Shown here piece after piece: positions 27,601-40,449 of a stretch of DNA of 64,000 nucleotides (the stretch's first letter is position 1; each line of letters begins with the position of its first letter). Origin of the DNA: Eledone cirrhosa (taxonomy: Eukaryota); assembly GCA_964016885.1 (NCBI GenBank), contig OZ024753.1:24118001-24182000 (forward strand). Reading direction: 5' to 3'. The notes under the pieces were generated by a model. That model was not told the DNA's origin, ran no database searches, and worked only from the letters and a program-made list of their open reading frames with translations. Made by a program: the position numbers and the translations under genes.

Positions 27601-30600
27601 TAATGTCTGTTATGTCTGTGTTGTATGTAGTGTAATGTCTGTTGTTATGTCTGTGTTGTGTGTATTGTAATGTCAGTTGCTATGTCTGTGTTGTGTTGTA
27701 TGTACTGTAATGTTGTATGTACTGTAATGTCTGTTGTTATGTCTCTGTTGTGTTGTATGTAGTGTAATGTCTGTTGTTATGTCGGTGTTGTGTGTATTGT
27801 AATGTCTGTTGTTATGACTGTATCGTGTGTATTGTAATGACGGTTGTTATGTTTGTGTTGTATTGTGTGTATTGTAATGTCTGCTGTTATGTCTGTGTTG
27901 TGCGTATTTTAATGTCTGTTGTTATGTCTATGCTGTGTGTACTTTAATGTATATTGTTATATCTGTGTTGTGTGTATTGTAATGTCTGTTGTTGCGTCTG
28001 TGTTTTGTTGTATGTATTGTAATGTCTGTTGTTATGTCTGTGTTGTGTTGTGGTATGTATTGTAATGTCTGTTGTTATGTCTGTGTTGTGTTGTGGTATG
28101 TATTGTAATGTCTGTTGTTATATCTGTGTTGTGTGTATTGTAATGTATGTGGTTATGTAAGTGTTGTGTTGTGTGCATTGTAATGTCTGTTGTTATGTCT
28201 AAATCGTGTTGTGTATATTGTAATGTCTGTTGTTATGTCTGTGTTGTGTGTATTGTAATGTCTGTTGTTATGTCTGCGTTGTGTGTATTGTAATGTATGT
28301 TGTAATGTCTGTGTTGTGTTGTATGTAGTGTAATGTATTTTGTTATGTCTGTGTTGTTTGTATTGTATTGACTGGTATTATGTCTGTGTTGTGTGCATTG
28401 TAACGTCTGTTGTTATGTGTGTGTTGTGTTGTGGGTATCGTAATGGCTGTTGTTATATCTGTGTTGTGTTGTATGTATTGTAATGTTTGTCGTTATGTCT
28501 GTGTTGTATATATGTTAATGTATATTGTTATGTCTCTGTTCTGTTGTGTGTGTTGTAATGTCTGTTGTTAAGTCTGTGTTAAATTGTGTGTACTTTAATG
28601 TCTGATTTTATGTCTTTGTTGTGTTGTGTATTGTAACGTCTGTTGTTATGTCTGTGTTCTGTGGTGTGTGTTGTAATGTCTGTTGTTATGTCTGTGTTGT
28701 GTGTATTGTAATGTCTGTAGTGATGTCTGTTGTGCTGTGTGTATAGTAATGTCTGTTGTTGTATCTGTGTTGTGTTTTGTGTATTGTATTGTCTCGTGTT
28801 ATGTCTGTGTTGTGTGTATTGTAATGTCTGTTGTTATGTCTGCGTTGTGTTGTGTGTAATGTAATGACTATTGTTATCTCTGTGTTGTGTTGTTTGTATT
28901 GTAATGTCTGTTGTCATGTCTGTGTTGTGATGTGTGTATTGTAATGTCTGTTGTTATGCTTGTGTTGTTTGTAATGTAATGTCTGTTGTGATGACTGTGT
29001 CGTGTGTATTGTAATGACGGTTGTTATGTTTGTGTTGTGTTGTGTGTATTGTAATGTATGTCGTGATTCCTGTGTTGTTTTGTATGTATTGTAATGTATG
29101 CCGTTATGTCTGTGTTGTGTTGTATGTATGTTAATGTATATTGTTATGTCTGTTCTGTTGTGTGTATTGTAATGTATGTTGTTATGTCTGTGTTAAATTG
29201 TATGTACTGTAATGTTGTTATGTCTTTGTTGTTTATGAGTATTGTAATGTCTGTTGTTATGTCTGTATTCTGTTGTGTGTGTTGTAAAGTCTGTTGTTAT
29301 GTCTGTGTTTTATGTAATGTAATGTCGGTTGTCATGTCTGTGTTGTGATGTGTGTATTGTAATGGCTGTTGTTATGTCTGTGGTGTGTGTATTGTAATGT
29401 CTGTTGTTATGTCTGTGTTGTGTTGTGTGTATTGTAATGTCTGTTGTTATGTCTGTGTTTTTTGTATGTATTGTAATGTCTGTTGTTATATCTGTGTTGT
29501 GTTGCGTGTATTGTATTGTCTGGTGTTATGTCTGTGTTGTGTGTATTGTAATGTATGTTGTTATGTCTGTGTTGTGTTGTGTGTATTGTATTGTCTGGTG
29601 TTATGTCTGTGTTGTGTGTATTGTAATGTCTGTTGTTATGTCTGTGTGGTGTTGTTTGTATTCTAATGTCTGTTGTTATGTCTGTGTTGTGTTGTGTGTT
29701 TTGTAATGTCTCTTGTTATGTCTGTGTTGTGTTGTGTTTTTTGTAATGCATGTTGTTATGTCTGTGTTTCACGTATTGTAATGTCTGTTGTTATGTCTGT
29801 GTTGTGTTGTGTGTTTTGTAATGTCTGTTGTTATATCTGTGTTGTGTTGTGTGTATTGTTTTTGTCTCGTGTTATGTCTGTGTTGTGTATATTGTAATGT
29901 CTGTTGTTATGTCAGTGTTGTGCGTATTTTAATGTCTGTTGTTATGTCTATGCCGTGTGTACTTTAAAGTATGTCGTTATATCTATGTTGTGTTGTATGC
30001 ATTGTAATGTCTGTCGTTATGTCTGTGTTGTGTTGTATGTATGTTAATGTATATTGTTATGCCTCTGTTCTGTTGTGTGTATTGTAATGTCTGTTATTAT
30101 GTCTGTGTTAAATTGTATGTACTCTAATGTCTGTTGTTATGTCTTTGTTGTGTTATGTGTATCGTAATGTCTGCTGTTATGTCTGTGTTCTGTTGTGTGT
30201 GTTGTAATGTTTGTTGTTATGTCTGTGTTGTGTGTATTGTAATGTCTGTTGTTATGTCAGTGTTGTGTTGTGTGTATCGCAATGTCTGTTGTCATGTCTG
30301 TGTTGTGTTGTGTGTATTGTAATAGCTGTCGTTATATCTGTGTTGTGTTGAATGTATTACATTGTCTAGGGTTATGTCTATGGTGTGTGTATTGTAATGT
30401 CTGTTGTTATGTCTCTGTTTTGTTGTATGTATTGTAATGTCTGTTGTTATGTCTGTGTTGTGTTGTGTGTATTGTATTTTTTGTTGTTATGTCTCTGTTG
30501 TGTTGTGTGCATTGAAATGTATGTTGTTACGTCTGTGTTGTGTGTATTGTAATGTGTTGTTATGTGTTTTTATGTCTGTGTTGTATTGTGTGCATTGCAA

Positions 30601-32669
30601 TGTATGTTTTTATGTCTATGTTGTGTTGTGTGTATTGTAATGTCTGTTGTTATATCTGTGTTGTGTGGTGTGTATTGTATTGTCTGGTGTTATCTCTGTG
30701 TTGTGCGTATTTTAATGTCTGTGCGTATTTTAATGTCTGTGTTGTGTTGGGTGTATTGTAATGTCTCTTGTTATGTCTGTGTCTTATGTATTGTAATGTC
30801 TGTTGTTATGTCTGTGTTGTGTTGTGTGTATTGTAATGACTGTTGTTATATCTGTGTTGTGTTGTGTTGTGTGGATTGTATTGACTGGTGTTATGTCTGT
30901 GTTGTGTGTATTGTAATGTCTGTTTCTATGTCTGTGTTGTGTTGTGTGTATTGTAATGTCTGTTGTTATATATGTGTTGTGTTGAATGTATTATATTGTC
31001 TGGGGTTATGTCTGTGTAGTGTGTATTGTAATGTCTGTTTTTACGTCTGTGTTGTGTATTGTATTGTTTGGTTTATGTCTATGTTGTGTTGTGTGTATTG
31101 TAATGTCTGAGTTATGTCTGTTTTGTGTGTACTGTAATGGCTCTTGTTATGTCTGTGTTGTGTTGTATGTATTGTAATGTCTGTTGTTATGTCTGTGTTG
31201 TGTTGTGTATATTGTATTTTCTGTTGTTATGTCTCTGTTGTGTTGTGTGTATTGAAATCTCTGTTGTTATGTGTGTGTTGTGTTGTGTGTATTGTATTGT
31301 CTGGTTTATGTCTATGTTGTATTGTGTGTATTGTAATGTCTGTTGATATATCTGTGTTGTGTTGTGTGTATTGTAATGTCTGTTTTTATGTCTGTGTTGT
31401 GTGTATTGTAACGGCTGTTGTTATGCCTGTGTTGTGATATATGTATTGTAATTTCTGTCGTTATGTCTGTGTGGTGTTGTTTGTATTGTAATGTCTGTTT
31501 TTATGTCTGTGTTGTGTTATGTGTATTGTAATGTCTGTTGTTATATCTGTGTTGGTTTGAACGTATTATATTGTCTGGGGTTATGTCTGTGTTGTGTTTA
31601 TCGTTATGTCTGTGGTTATGTCCGTGTTGTGTTGTGTGTATTGTAATGTCTGTGTTATGTCTGTGTTGTATGTATTGTAATGGCTCTTGTTAAGTCTGTG
31701 TTGTGTTGTATGTATTGTAATGTCTGTGTCATGTCTGTATTGTGATATGGGTAATGTAATGTCTGTTGTTATGTCTGTGTTGTGCGTATTGTAATGTCTG
31801 TTGTTATGTCTGTGTTGTGTGTATTGTAATGTCTGTTGTTATGTCTGTGTTCTGTGTATTATAATGTCTGTTGTTTTGACTGTATCGTGCGTATTGTAGT
31901 GTCGGTTGTTATGATTGTGTTGTGTTGTGTGTATAGTAATGTATGTTGTTATGTCTGTGTTGTGCGTTATTTTAATGTCTGTTGTTATGTCTATGCTGTG
32001 TGTACTTTAATTTATGTCGTTATGTCTGTGTTGTGTTGTATGTGTTGTAATTATCTGTCGTTATGTCTGTGTTGTGTTTTATGTATTGTAATGTCTGTTG
32101 TTATGTCTGTGTTGTGTTGTGTGTATTGTAATGTATGTTGTTATGTCTCTGTTGTGTTGTGTGTATTGAAATTTCTGTTGTTATATCTGTGTTATGTGTA
32201 TCGTAATGTCTGTGTTTATGTATGTGGTGTGTGTATTGTAATGTCTCTTTTTATGTCTATGTTGTGTGGTATGTAATGTAATGTATGTTGTTATGTCTGT
32301 GTTGTATGTAGTGTAGTCTCTTGTTATGTCTGTGTTGTATGTATTGTGATGTCTGTGGTTATGTCTATGTTGTGTGTATTGTAATGTCTGTTGTTATGAC
32401 TGTATCATGTAATGACGGTTGTTATGTTTGTGTTGTGTTATGTGTATTGTAATATCTGTTGTTAAGTCTGTGTTGTGCGTATTTTTATGTCTGTTGTTAT
32501 GTCTATGCTGTGTGTACTTTAATGTATGTCGTTGATGTCGGTGTTGTGTTTTATGTATTGTAATGTCTGTGTTAGGTCCGTGTTGTGATGTGTGTATTGT
32601 AATGTCTGTTGTCATGTCTGTGTTGTGTGTATTATGATGTCTGTTGTTATGTCTGTGTTGTTTGTATTG

Positions 32670-33455
32670 TAATGTCTGTTGTTATGTCTGTGTTGTGCTT
32701 TATTTTTTGTAATGTTATGTCTATGCTGTGTGTACTTTAATGTATGAGGTTATGTCTGTGTTGTGTTGTATGTATTGTAATGTATGTCGTCATGTTTGTG
32801 TTGTGTAGTATGTATTTTAATGTATATTGTTATGTCTCTGTTCTGTTGTGTGTATTGTAATGTCTGTTGTTATGTCTGTGTTAAGTTGTATGTACTGTAA
32901 TGTCTGTTTTATGTCTGTGTTGTGTTGTGTGTATTGTAATGTCTGTTGTTATGTCTGTGTTAAGTTGTATGTACTGTAATGGCTGTTTTTATGTCTGTGT
33001 TGTGTTGTGTGTATTGTAATGTCTGTTTTTATGTCTGTGTTGTGTTGTGTGTATTTTAATGTCTGTTGTTATGTCTGTGTTGTGCTTTATTTTTTGTAAT
33101 GTTATGTCTATGCTGTGTGTACTTTAATGTATGAGGTTATGTCTGTGTTGTGTTGTATGTATTGTAATGTATGTCGTCATGTTTGTGTTGTGTAGTATGT
33201 ATTTTAATGTATATTGTTATGTCTCTGTTCTGTTGTGTGTATTGTAATGTCTGTTGTTATGTCTGTGTTAAGTTGTATGTACTGTAATGTCTGTTTTATG
33301 TATGTGTTGTGCTGTGTGTATTGTAATGTCTGTTGTTATGTCTGTGTTAAGTTGTATGTACTGTAATGGCTGTTTTTATGTCTGTGTTGTGTGTGTGTAT
33401 TGTAATGTCTGTTTTTATGTCTGTGTTGTGTTGTGTGTAATTTAATGTCTGTTGT
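32670..33455. repeat. 387-bp tandem duplication within the satellite
   Basis: GTGCTTTATTTTTTGTAATG (C at 32698/33085) and TGTATGAGG (32741/33128) are both offset by 387 bp. Confidence 0.9.
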
Positions 33456-35214
33456 TATGTCTGTGTTGTGTGTATTCTAATGTCTGTTGTTATATCTGTG
33501 TTGTGTTGAATATATTGTTTTGTCAGGGGTTATGTCTGTGTTGTGTGTATTGTTATGTCTGTTGTTATGTCTATGTTCTGTTGTGCGTATTATAATGTCT
33601 GTTTTTATGTCTGTGTTTTCTCTATTGTAATGGCTCTTGTTACGGCTGTGTTGTCTTCTGTGTGTTCTAATGTCTTTTGTTATGTCTGTGTTGTATGTAT
33701 TGTAATGCCTGTTGTTATGTCTGTGTTGTGTTGTGTGTATTGTAATGGCTGTTGTTATATATGTGACTTGTGTGTTGTAATGGCTGTTGTTATGTCTGTG
33801 TGGTGTTGTTTGTATTTTAATGTCTGTTGTTATGTCTATGCTGTGTGTACTTTAATGTATGTTGTTATGTCTGTGTTGTGTGTATTGTAATGTATGTTGT
33901 TATGTCTGTGTTGTGCTTTGTTTTTTGTAATTTATGTTGTTATGTCTGTGGTTTATGTATTGTAATGTCTGTTGTTATGTCTGCGTTGTATGTATTGTAA
34001 TCTCCGTTGTTATATCTTTGTTGTGTTGTGTCTATTTTAATGTCTGTTGTTATGTCTGTGTTGTTTCTAATGTAATGTCTGTTGTTATGTCTGCGTTTTG
34101 TGTATTGTAATGTCTCTTGTTATGTCTGCGTTGTGTTGTATGTACTGTAATGTCTGTTGTTATGTCTGTGTTGTGTGTAGTGTAATGTCTTTTTATGTCT
34201 GTATTGTGTTGTGTACATTGTAATGTCTGTTGTTATGTCTGTGTTGTGTTGTGTGTATTGTAATGTATGTTCTTATGTCTGTGTTGTGTGTATTGTAATG
34301 TATGTTGTTATGTCTGTGTTGTGTGTAATGAAATGTCTGTTATGTCTGTGACGTGTAGTATGTATTGTAATTTCTGTTGTCATGCCTGTGTCGTGATGTG
34401 TGTATTGTAATGTCTGTTGTTATGTGTGTGGTGTGTTGAATATATTGTATTGTCTGGGGTTATGTCAGTGTTGTATGTTTTGTAATATCTGTTGTTATAT
34501 CTGTGTTGTGTTGAGTCTATTTTAATGTCTGTTGTTATGTCTGTGTTTTGTGTATTGTAATGGCTCTTGTTATGTCTGTGTTTTATTGTATGTATTGTAA
34601 TGCCTTTTATCATGTCTGTGTTGCGATGTGTATATTATAATGTCTATTGTTATGTCTGTGTTGTGTATTGTAATGTCTGTTGTTATGTCTGTGTAGTGTG
34701 TATTGTAATGTCTGTTGTTATGTCTGTGTTTTGTTGTATTTATTGTAATGTCTGTGGTTAGGTCTGTGTTGCGTTGTGTGTATTGTAATGTCTGTTGTTA
34801 TGTCTCTGTTGTGTTGTGTATAATGTAATGTCTGTTGTTTTTTCTGTGTTGTGTGTATTGTAATGTCTGATGTAATGTTTGTGTTGTGTTGAGTTTTTTT
34901 TAATGTATGTTGTTATGTCTGTGTTTTATGTATTGTAATGTCTGTTGTAATGTCTGTGTTGTATGTATTGTAATGTCTGTTGTTATATCTGTGTTGTGTT
35001 GTGTCTATTTTATTGTCTGTTATGTCTGTGTTGTGTTGTATGTATTGTAATGTCTGTTGTTATGTTTATGTTGTGTGTAATATAATGTCTGATGTTATGT
35101 CTGTTTTGGGACGTGTGTATTTTAATGTCTGTTGTTATGTCTGTGTTGTGTGTATTATAATGTCTGTTGTTATGTCTCTGTTCTTCTGTGTGTTCCAATG
35201 TATTTGGTTATGTC

Positions 35215-35435
35215 TGTGTTGTGTGTATTGTAATGTATGTTGTTATGTCTGTATTGTGTTGTGTGTATTGTAATGTCTGTTGTTATGTCTGTGTTGTGCT
35301 GTATGTATTTCTGTTGTTATGTCTGTGTGTTGTTGTGTGTATTGTAATGTATGTTGTTATGTCTGTATTGTGTTGTGTGTATTGTAATGTCTGTTGTTAT
35401 GTCTGTGTTGTGTTGTATGTATTTCTGTTGTTATG
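35215..35435. repeat. ~114-bp tandem duplication
   Basis: The deletion variant GTATGTATTTCTGTTGTTATG occurs at 35301 and 35415. The duplication is also visible in the peptide of ORF 35167..35574. Confidence 0.75.
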
Positions 35436-38400
35436 CCTGTGTTCTTCTGTGTGTTCCAATGTCTTTTGTTATTTCTGTGTTGTGTGTATTGTAATGTATG
35501 TTGTTATGTCTGTTTTGTGTTGTGTGTACTTTAATGTATGTCGTTATGTCTGTGTTGTATTGTATGTATTGTAATGTATGTTGTTATGTCTGTGTGGTTT
35601 TGTTTGTATTGTAAAGTCTGTTGTTATGTCTCTGTTGTGCGTATTGTAAAGTCTGTTGTTATCTCTATGTTGTGTGTAATGTCTGATGTTATGTCTGTGT
35701 TGTATTTTGTGTATTGTAATGGCTGTTGTTATGTCCGTGTTGCGTGTATTGTAATGTTTTGTTATGTCTGTGTTGTGTTGTGTGTATTGTAATGTTTCTT
35801 GTTATGTCTGTGTCGTGTTGTGTCTATTGTAATGTCAGTTGTTATGTCTGTGTTGTGTTGCCTGTATTGTAATGCATGTTGTTATGTCGGTGTTGTGTTG
35901 TATGTATTGTAATGTTTGTTGTTATGTCTGCTGTGTCGTTTTGTATGTATTGTAATGTATGTTGTCATGTATGTGCTATGCCCATTGTAATGTATGTTGT
36001 TATGCCTGTGATGTGTTGTGTGTATTTTAATGTCTGTTGGTATGTCTGTGTTTTGTGTATTGTAATGTATGTTTTATTGTCTGTCTTGTGTGTATGGTAA
36101 TGTCTGTTGTTATGTCTGTGTTGTGTTGTATGTATTGTAATGTATGTTGTTATGTCTGTGTTGTGTGTATTGTAATGGCACTTGTTATTTCTGTGTTGTG
36201 TTGTATGCATTGTAATTTGTTCTCATGTCTGTGTTGTGATGTGTGTATTGTAATATATGTTGTTATATCTGCGTTGTGTTGTGTTTTTTATAGTGTCTGT
36301 TGTTATGTCTGTGTGGTGTGTATTGTAATGTATGTTGTTATGTCTGCGTCGTGTTGTGTTTTTTATAATGTATGTTGTTATGTCTGTGTTTATGTATTGT
36401 AATGTATGTTGTTATGTCTGCGTTGTGTTGTGTTTTTTATAATGTTTGTTGTTATGTCTGTGTTTATGTATTGTAATGTCTGTTTTTATATCTGTGTTGT
36501 GTTGTGTCTATGTTAATGTCTGTTGTTATGTCTGTGTTGTGTTGTATGTAATGTAATGTCTGTTGTTGTCTCTGTTGTGTTGTATGTAGTGTAATGTCTC
36601 AGGTTATGTCTGTGTTGTGTGTATTGTAATGTCTGTGTTTATGTCTGTGTTGTGTGTATTATAATGTCTGTTGTTATGTCTGTGTTGTGTCTATCGTAAT
36701 GTCTGCTGTTATATCTGTGGTGTGTGTATTGTAATGGCTCTTCTTATGTATATGTTGTGTTGTATGTATTGTAATGTATGATGTCATGTCTGTTTTGTGA
36801 TGTGTGTATTTTAATATCTGTTGTTATGTCTTTGTTGTGTGTACTGTAATGTCGGTTGTTATGTCTGTGTTGAGTGTATTGTAATGTATGTTGTTATGTC
36901 TGTGTTCTGTTGTATGTATTGTAATGTCTGTGTTGTGTGTCTTGTAATGTCTGTTTTTATGTCTCTGTTGTGTTGTGTGTATTGAAATGTCTGTTGTTAT
37001 GTCTGTATTGTGTTGTATGTATTGTAATGTCTGTTGTTATGTCTGTGTTGTGCATATTGTAATGTCTGTTGTTATATCTATTATTGTGTTTATTGTAATG
37101 TGTGATATTATGTGTGTTTTGTTGTGTGTATTTTAATGTCTGTTGTTATGTCTTGTGTTGTGTGCATTGTAATGTCCGTTGTTATGTGTGAGTTATGTGT
37201 ATCGTAATTTCTGTTGTTATGTCTGTGTTGTGTGTATTGTAATGGCTCTTGTTAGATATATGTTGTGTTGTATGCATTGTGATGTATGCTGTCATGTCTG
37301 ATTTGTAATTTGTTTATTGTAATGTCTGTTGTTATGTCTCTGTTGTGTTGTGTGTATTGAAATGTCTGTTGTTATGTCTGTGTTGTCTGTATTGTAATGT
37401 CTTGTTATGTCTGTGTTGTGTTGTGTGTATTACAATGTCTGTTGTTATGACTGTGTTGTGTGTATTGTAATATTTTGTCATGTATGTGTTGTGTTGTGTG
37501 TATTGTAATGTCTGTTGTTATGTCTGTGTTGTGTTGTATGTATTGTATTGTCTGTTGTTATGTCTGTGTTGTGTTTATTGTAATATCTGTTGTTATGTAT
37601 GTGTTGTGTGTATTGTAATGGCTTTTGTTATGTCTGTGTTGTGTTGTATGTATTGTAATTTATGTTATCATGTCTCTGTTGTGATGTGTGTATTGTAATG
37701 TCTGTTGTTATGTCTGTCTTGTGTGTATTGTAATCTCTGTTGTTATGTCTGTGTTGTGTGTATTGTAATGTCTGTTGTTATGTCTCTGATGTGTGTAATG
37801 AAATGTCTGTTTTATGTTTGTGTTGTGTGTATTGTAATGTCTGCTGTTATATGTGTTGTGTTGTGTCTATTTTAATGTGTGTTGTTATGTCTGTGTTGTG
37901 TTGTCTGTAATCTAATGTCTGTTGTTATGTATGTGTCGTGTTGATGTAGTGTAACGTCTCTTGTTATGTCCGTTGTGTGTATTGTAATGTCTATTGTTAT
38001 GTCTGTGTTGTGTTGTATGTACCGTAATGCCTGTTGTTATGTCTGTGTTGTATGTAGTGTAATGTCTGTTGTTATGTGTGTGTTGTGTGTATTGTAATGA
38101 CGGTTGTTATGTTTGTGTTGTGTTGTGTGTATTGAAATGAATGTTGGTATGTCTGTATTTTATGTATTGTGATGTCTGTTGTTATGTCTGTGTTGTATGT
38201 ATTGTAATGTCTGTTTTTATATCTGTGTGGTATTGTGTGTAATGTAATGTCTGTTGTTAAGTCTGTGTGGTGTTGTGTGTATCGTAATGTCTGTTGTTAT
38301 GTCTGTGTTGTGTGTATGGTAATGTCTGTTGTTATGTCTGTGTTGTGTTGTATGTATTGTAATCACTGTTGTTATATCTGTGTTGTGTGTATTGTAATGT

Positions 38401-40449
38401 CTGTTGTTATGTATGTATTGTGTGTATTGTAATGTCTGTAGTTATGTCTGTGTTGTGTTGTGTGTATTGTAATGTCTGTTGTTATGTCTATGTTGTGTTG
38501 TGGACATTGTAATATATGTTGTTATGTCTGTGTTGTGTGTACTGTAATGTCTGTTGTTATATATGTGATGTGTTGTGTGTATCGTAATCTCTGTGGTTAT
38601 GTCTGTGTTGAGTTGTGTGTATCGTAATGTATGTTGTAATGTCTGTGTTTTATGTATTGCAATGTCAGTTGATATATCTGTGTGGTGTTGTGTGTATTTT
38701 CATGTCCGTGTATTTTAATGTATTTTTATTGTGTTGTGTTGAGTTTTTTTTAATGTATGTTGTTATGTCTGTGTTTTATGTATTGTAATGTCTGTTGTTA
38801 TGTCTGTGTTGTATGTATTGTAATGTCTGTTGTTATGTCTGTGTTGTGTGTATGGTAATGTCTGTTGTTATGTCCGTGTTGTGTTGTATGTATTATAATA
38901 TTTGTTGTTATGTCTGTGTTGTGTTTATTGTAATTTCTGTTGTCATGTCTGTGTTGTGTGTATTGTAATGTCTGTTGTTATGTCTGTGTTGTGTGTATTG
39001 TAATGTATGTTGTTATGTCTGGGGTTTGTTGTATGTATTCTAATGTATGATGTTAAGTCTGTGTTGTGTTCTATGTATTGTAATGTATGTTGTTATGTCT
39101 GTGTTTTATGTATTGTAATGTCTGTTGTTATGTTTGTGTTGTATTTTTTGTAATGTCTGTTGTTATATCTTTGTTGTGTGGTGTTTATTTTAATGTCTGT
39201 TCTTATGTCTGTGTTGTGTTGTATGTATTGTAATGTCTGTTTTTATGTCTGTGTTGGGTTGGTGTGTATTGTAATCTCTGTTGTTATGACTGTGTTGTGT
39301 TGTATGTACTGTTTATGTCTGTTGTTATGTCTTTGTTGTGTTTTATTTATTGTAATGTCTGTTCTTATGTATGTGTTGTGTGTATTGTAATGTATGTTGT
39401 TATGTGTGTTTTTTGTTGTGTGTATTGTAATGGCTGTTGGTATGTCTCTGTTGTTGTGTTGTGTTTATTGAAATGTCTTTTGTTATGTATGTGTTGTGTG
39501 TATTGTAATGTTTTGTCATGTCTCTGTTGTGTTGTTTGTACCGTAATTCTGTTGCTATGTCTGTGTTGTGTTGTGTCTATTGTAATGTCTGTAGTTATGT
39601 CTTTGTTGTGTTGTATATATTGTAATGTCCGATGTTATGTCTGTGTTTTGTGTATTGTAATGTTTGTGGTTATGTCTGTATTGTGTTGTGTGTACTGTAA
39701 TGCCTGTTGTTATATCTGTGTAGTGTGTATGGTAATGTCTGTGGTTATGTCTGTGTTGAGTTGTGTGTATTGTATTGTAATGTATGTTGTTATGTCTGTG
39801 TGGTGTTGTATGTATTTTAATATCTGTTGTTTTGTCTATGTTGTGTTGTATGTATTGTAATCACTGTTGTTATGTCTGTGTTGTGTTGTGTGTACTGTAA
39901 CGTATGTTGTTATGTCCGTGTTGTGTTGTATGTATTTTAAGTTCTGTTGTTATGTATGTGTTGTATGTACTGTAATGTCTGTTGTTATGTCTGTGTTGTG
40001 TGTATTGTAATGTCTATGGTTATGTCTGTGTTGTCTGTATTGTAATGGCTGTTGGTATGTCTCTGTTGTGTTGTGTTGTGTTGTGTTGTGTTTATTGAAA
40101 TGTCTTTTGTTATGTCTGTGTTGTGGGTTTTGTAATGTCTTGTTATGTCTGTGTTGTGTTGTGTGTATTCTAATGTCTGTTGTTATGTATGTGTTGTGTG
40201 TATTGTAATGTTTTGTCATGTCTCTTGTGTGTTGTTTGTATTGTAATTCTGTTGCTATGTCTGTGTTGTGTTGTGTCTGTTGTAATGTATGTTATTATGT
40301 TTGTGTTTTATGTCTTGTAATGGCTGTTGTTATATCTGTGTGGTGTTGTGTGTATTTTAATGCCTGTTGTTAAGTCTGTGTTGTGTTGTATGTATGTAAT
40401 GTCTATTTTTATATATGTGTTGTGTTGTGTGTATTGCAATGGCTGTTGT

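Noticed and set aside
2850-28000. CENP-B box in the TATCG...GACGG cassette
   Set aside because: CpG spacing and core do not fit the TTCGnnnnAnnCGGG motif.
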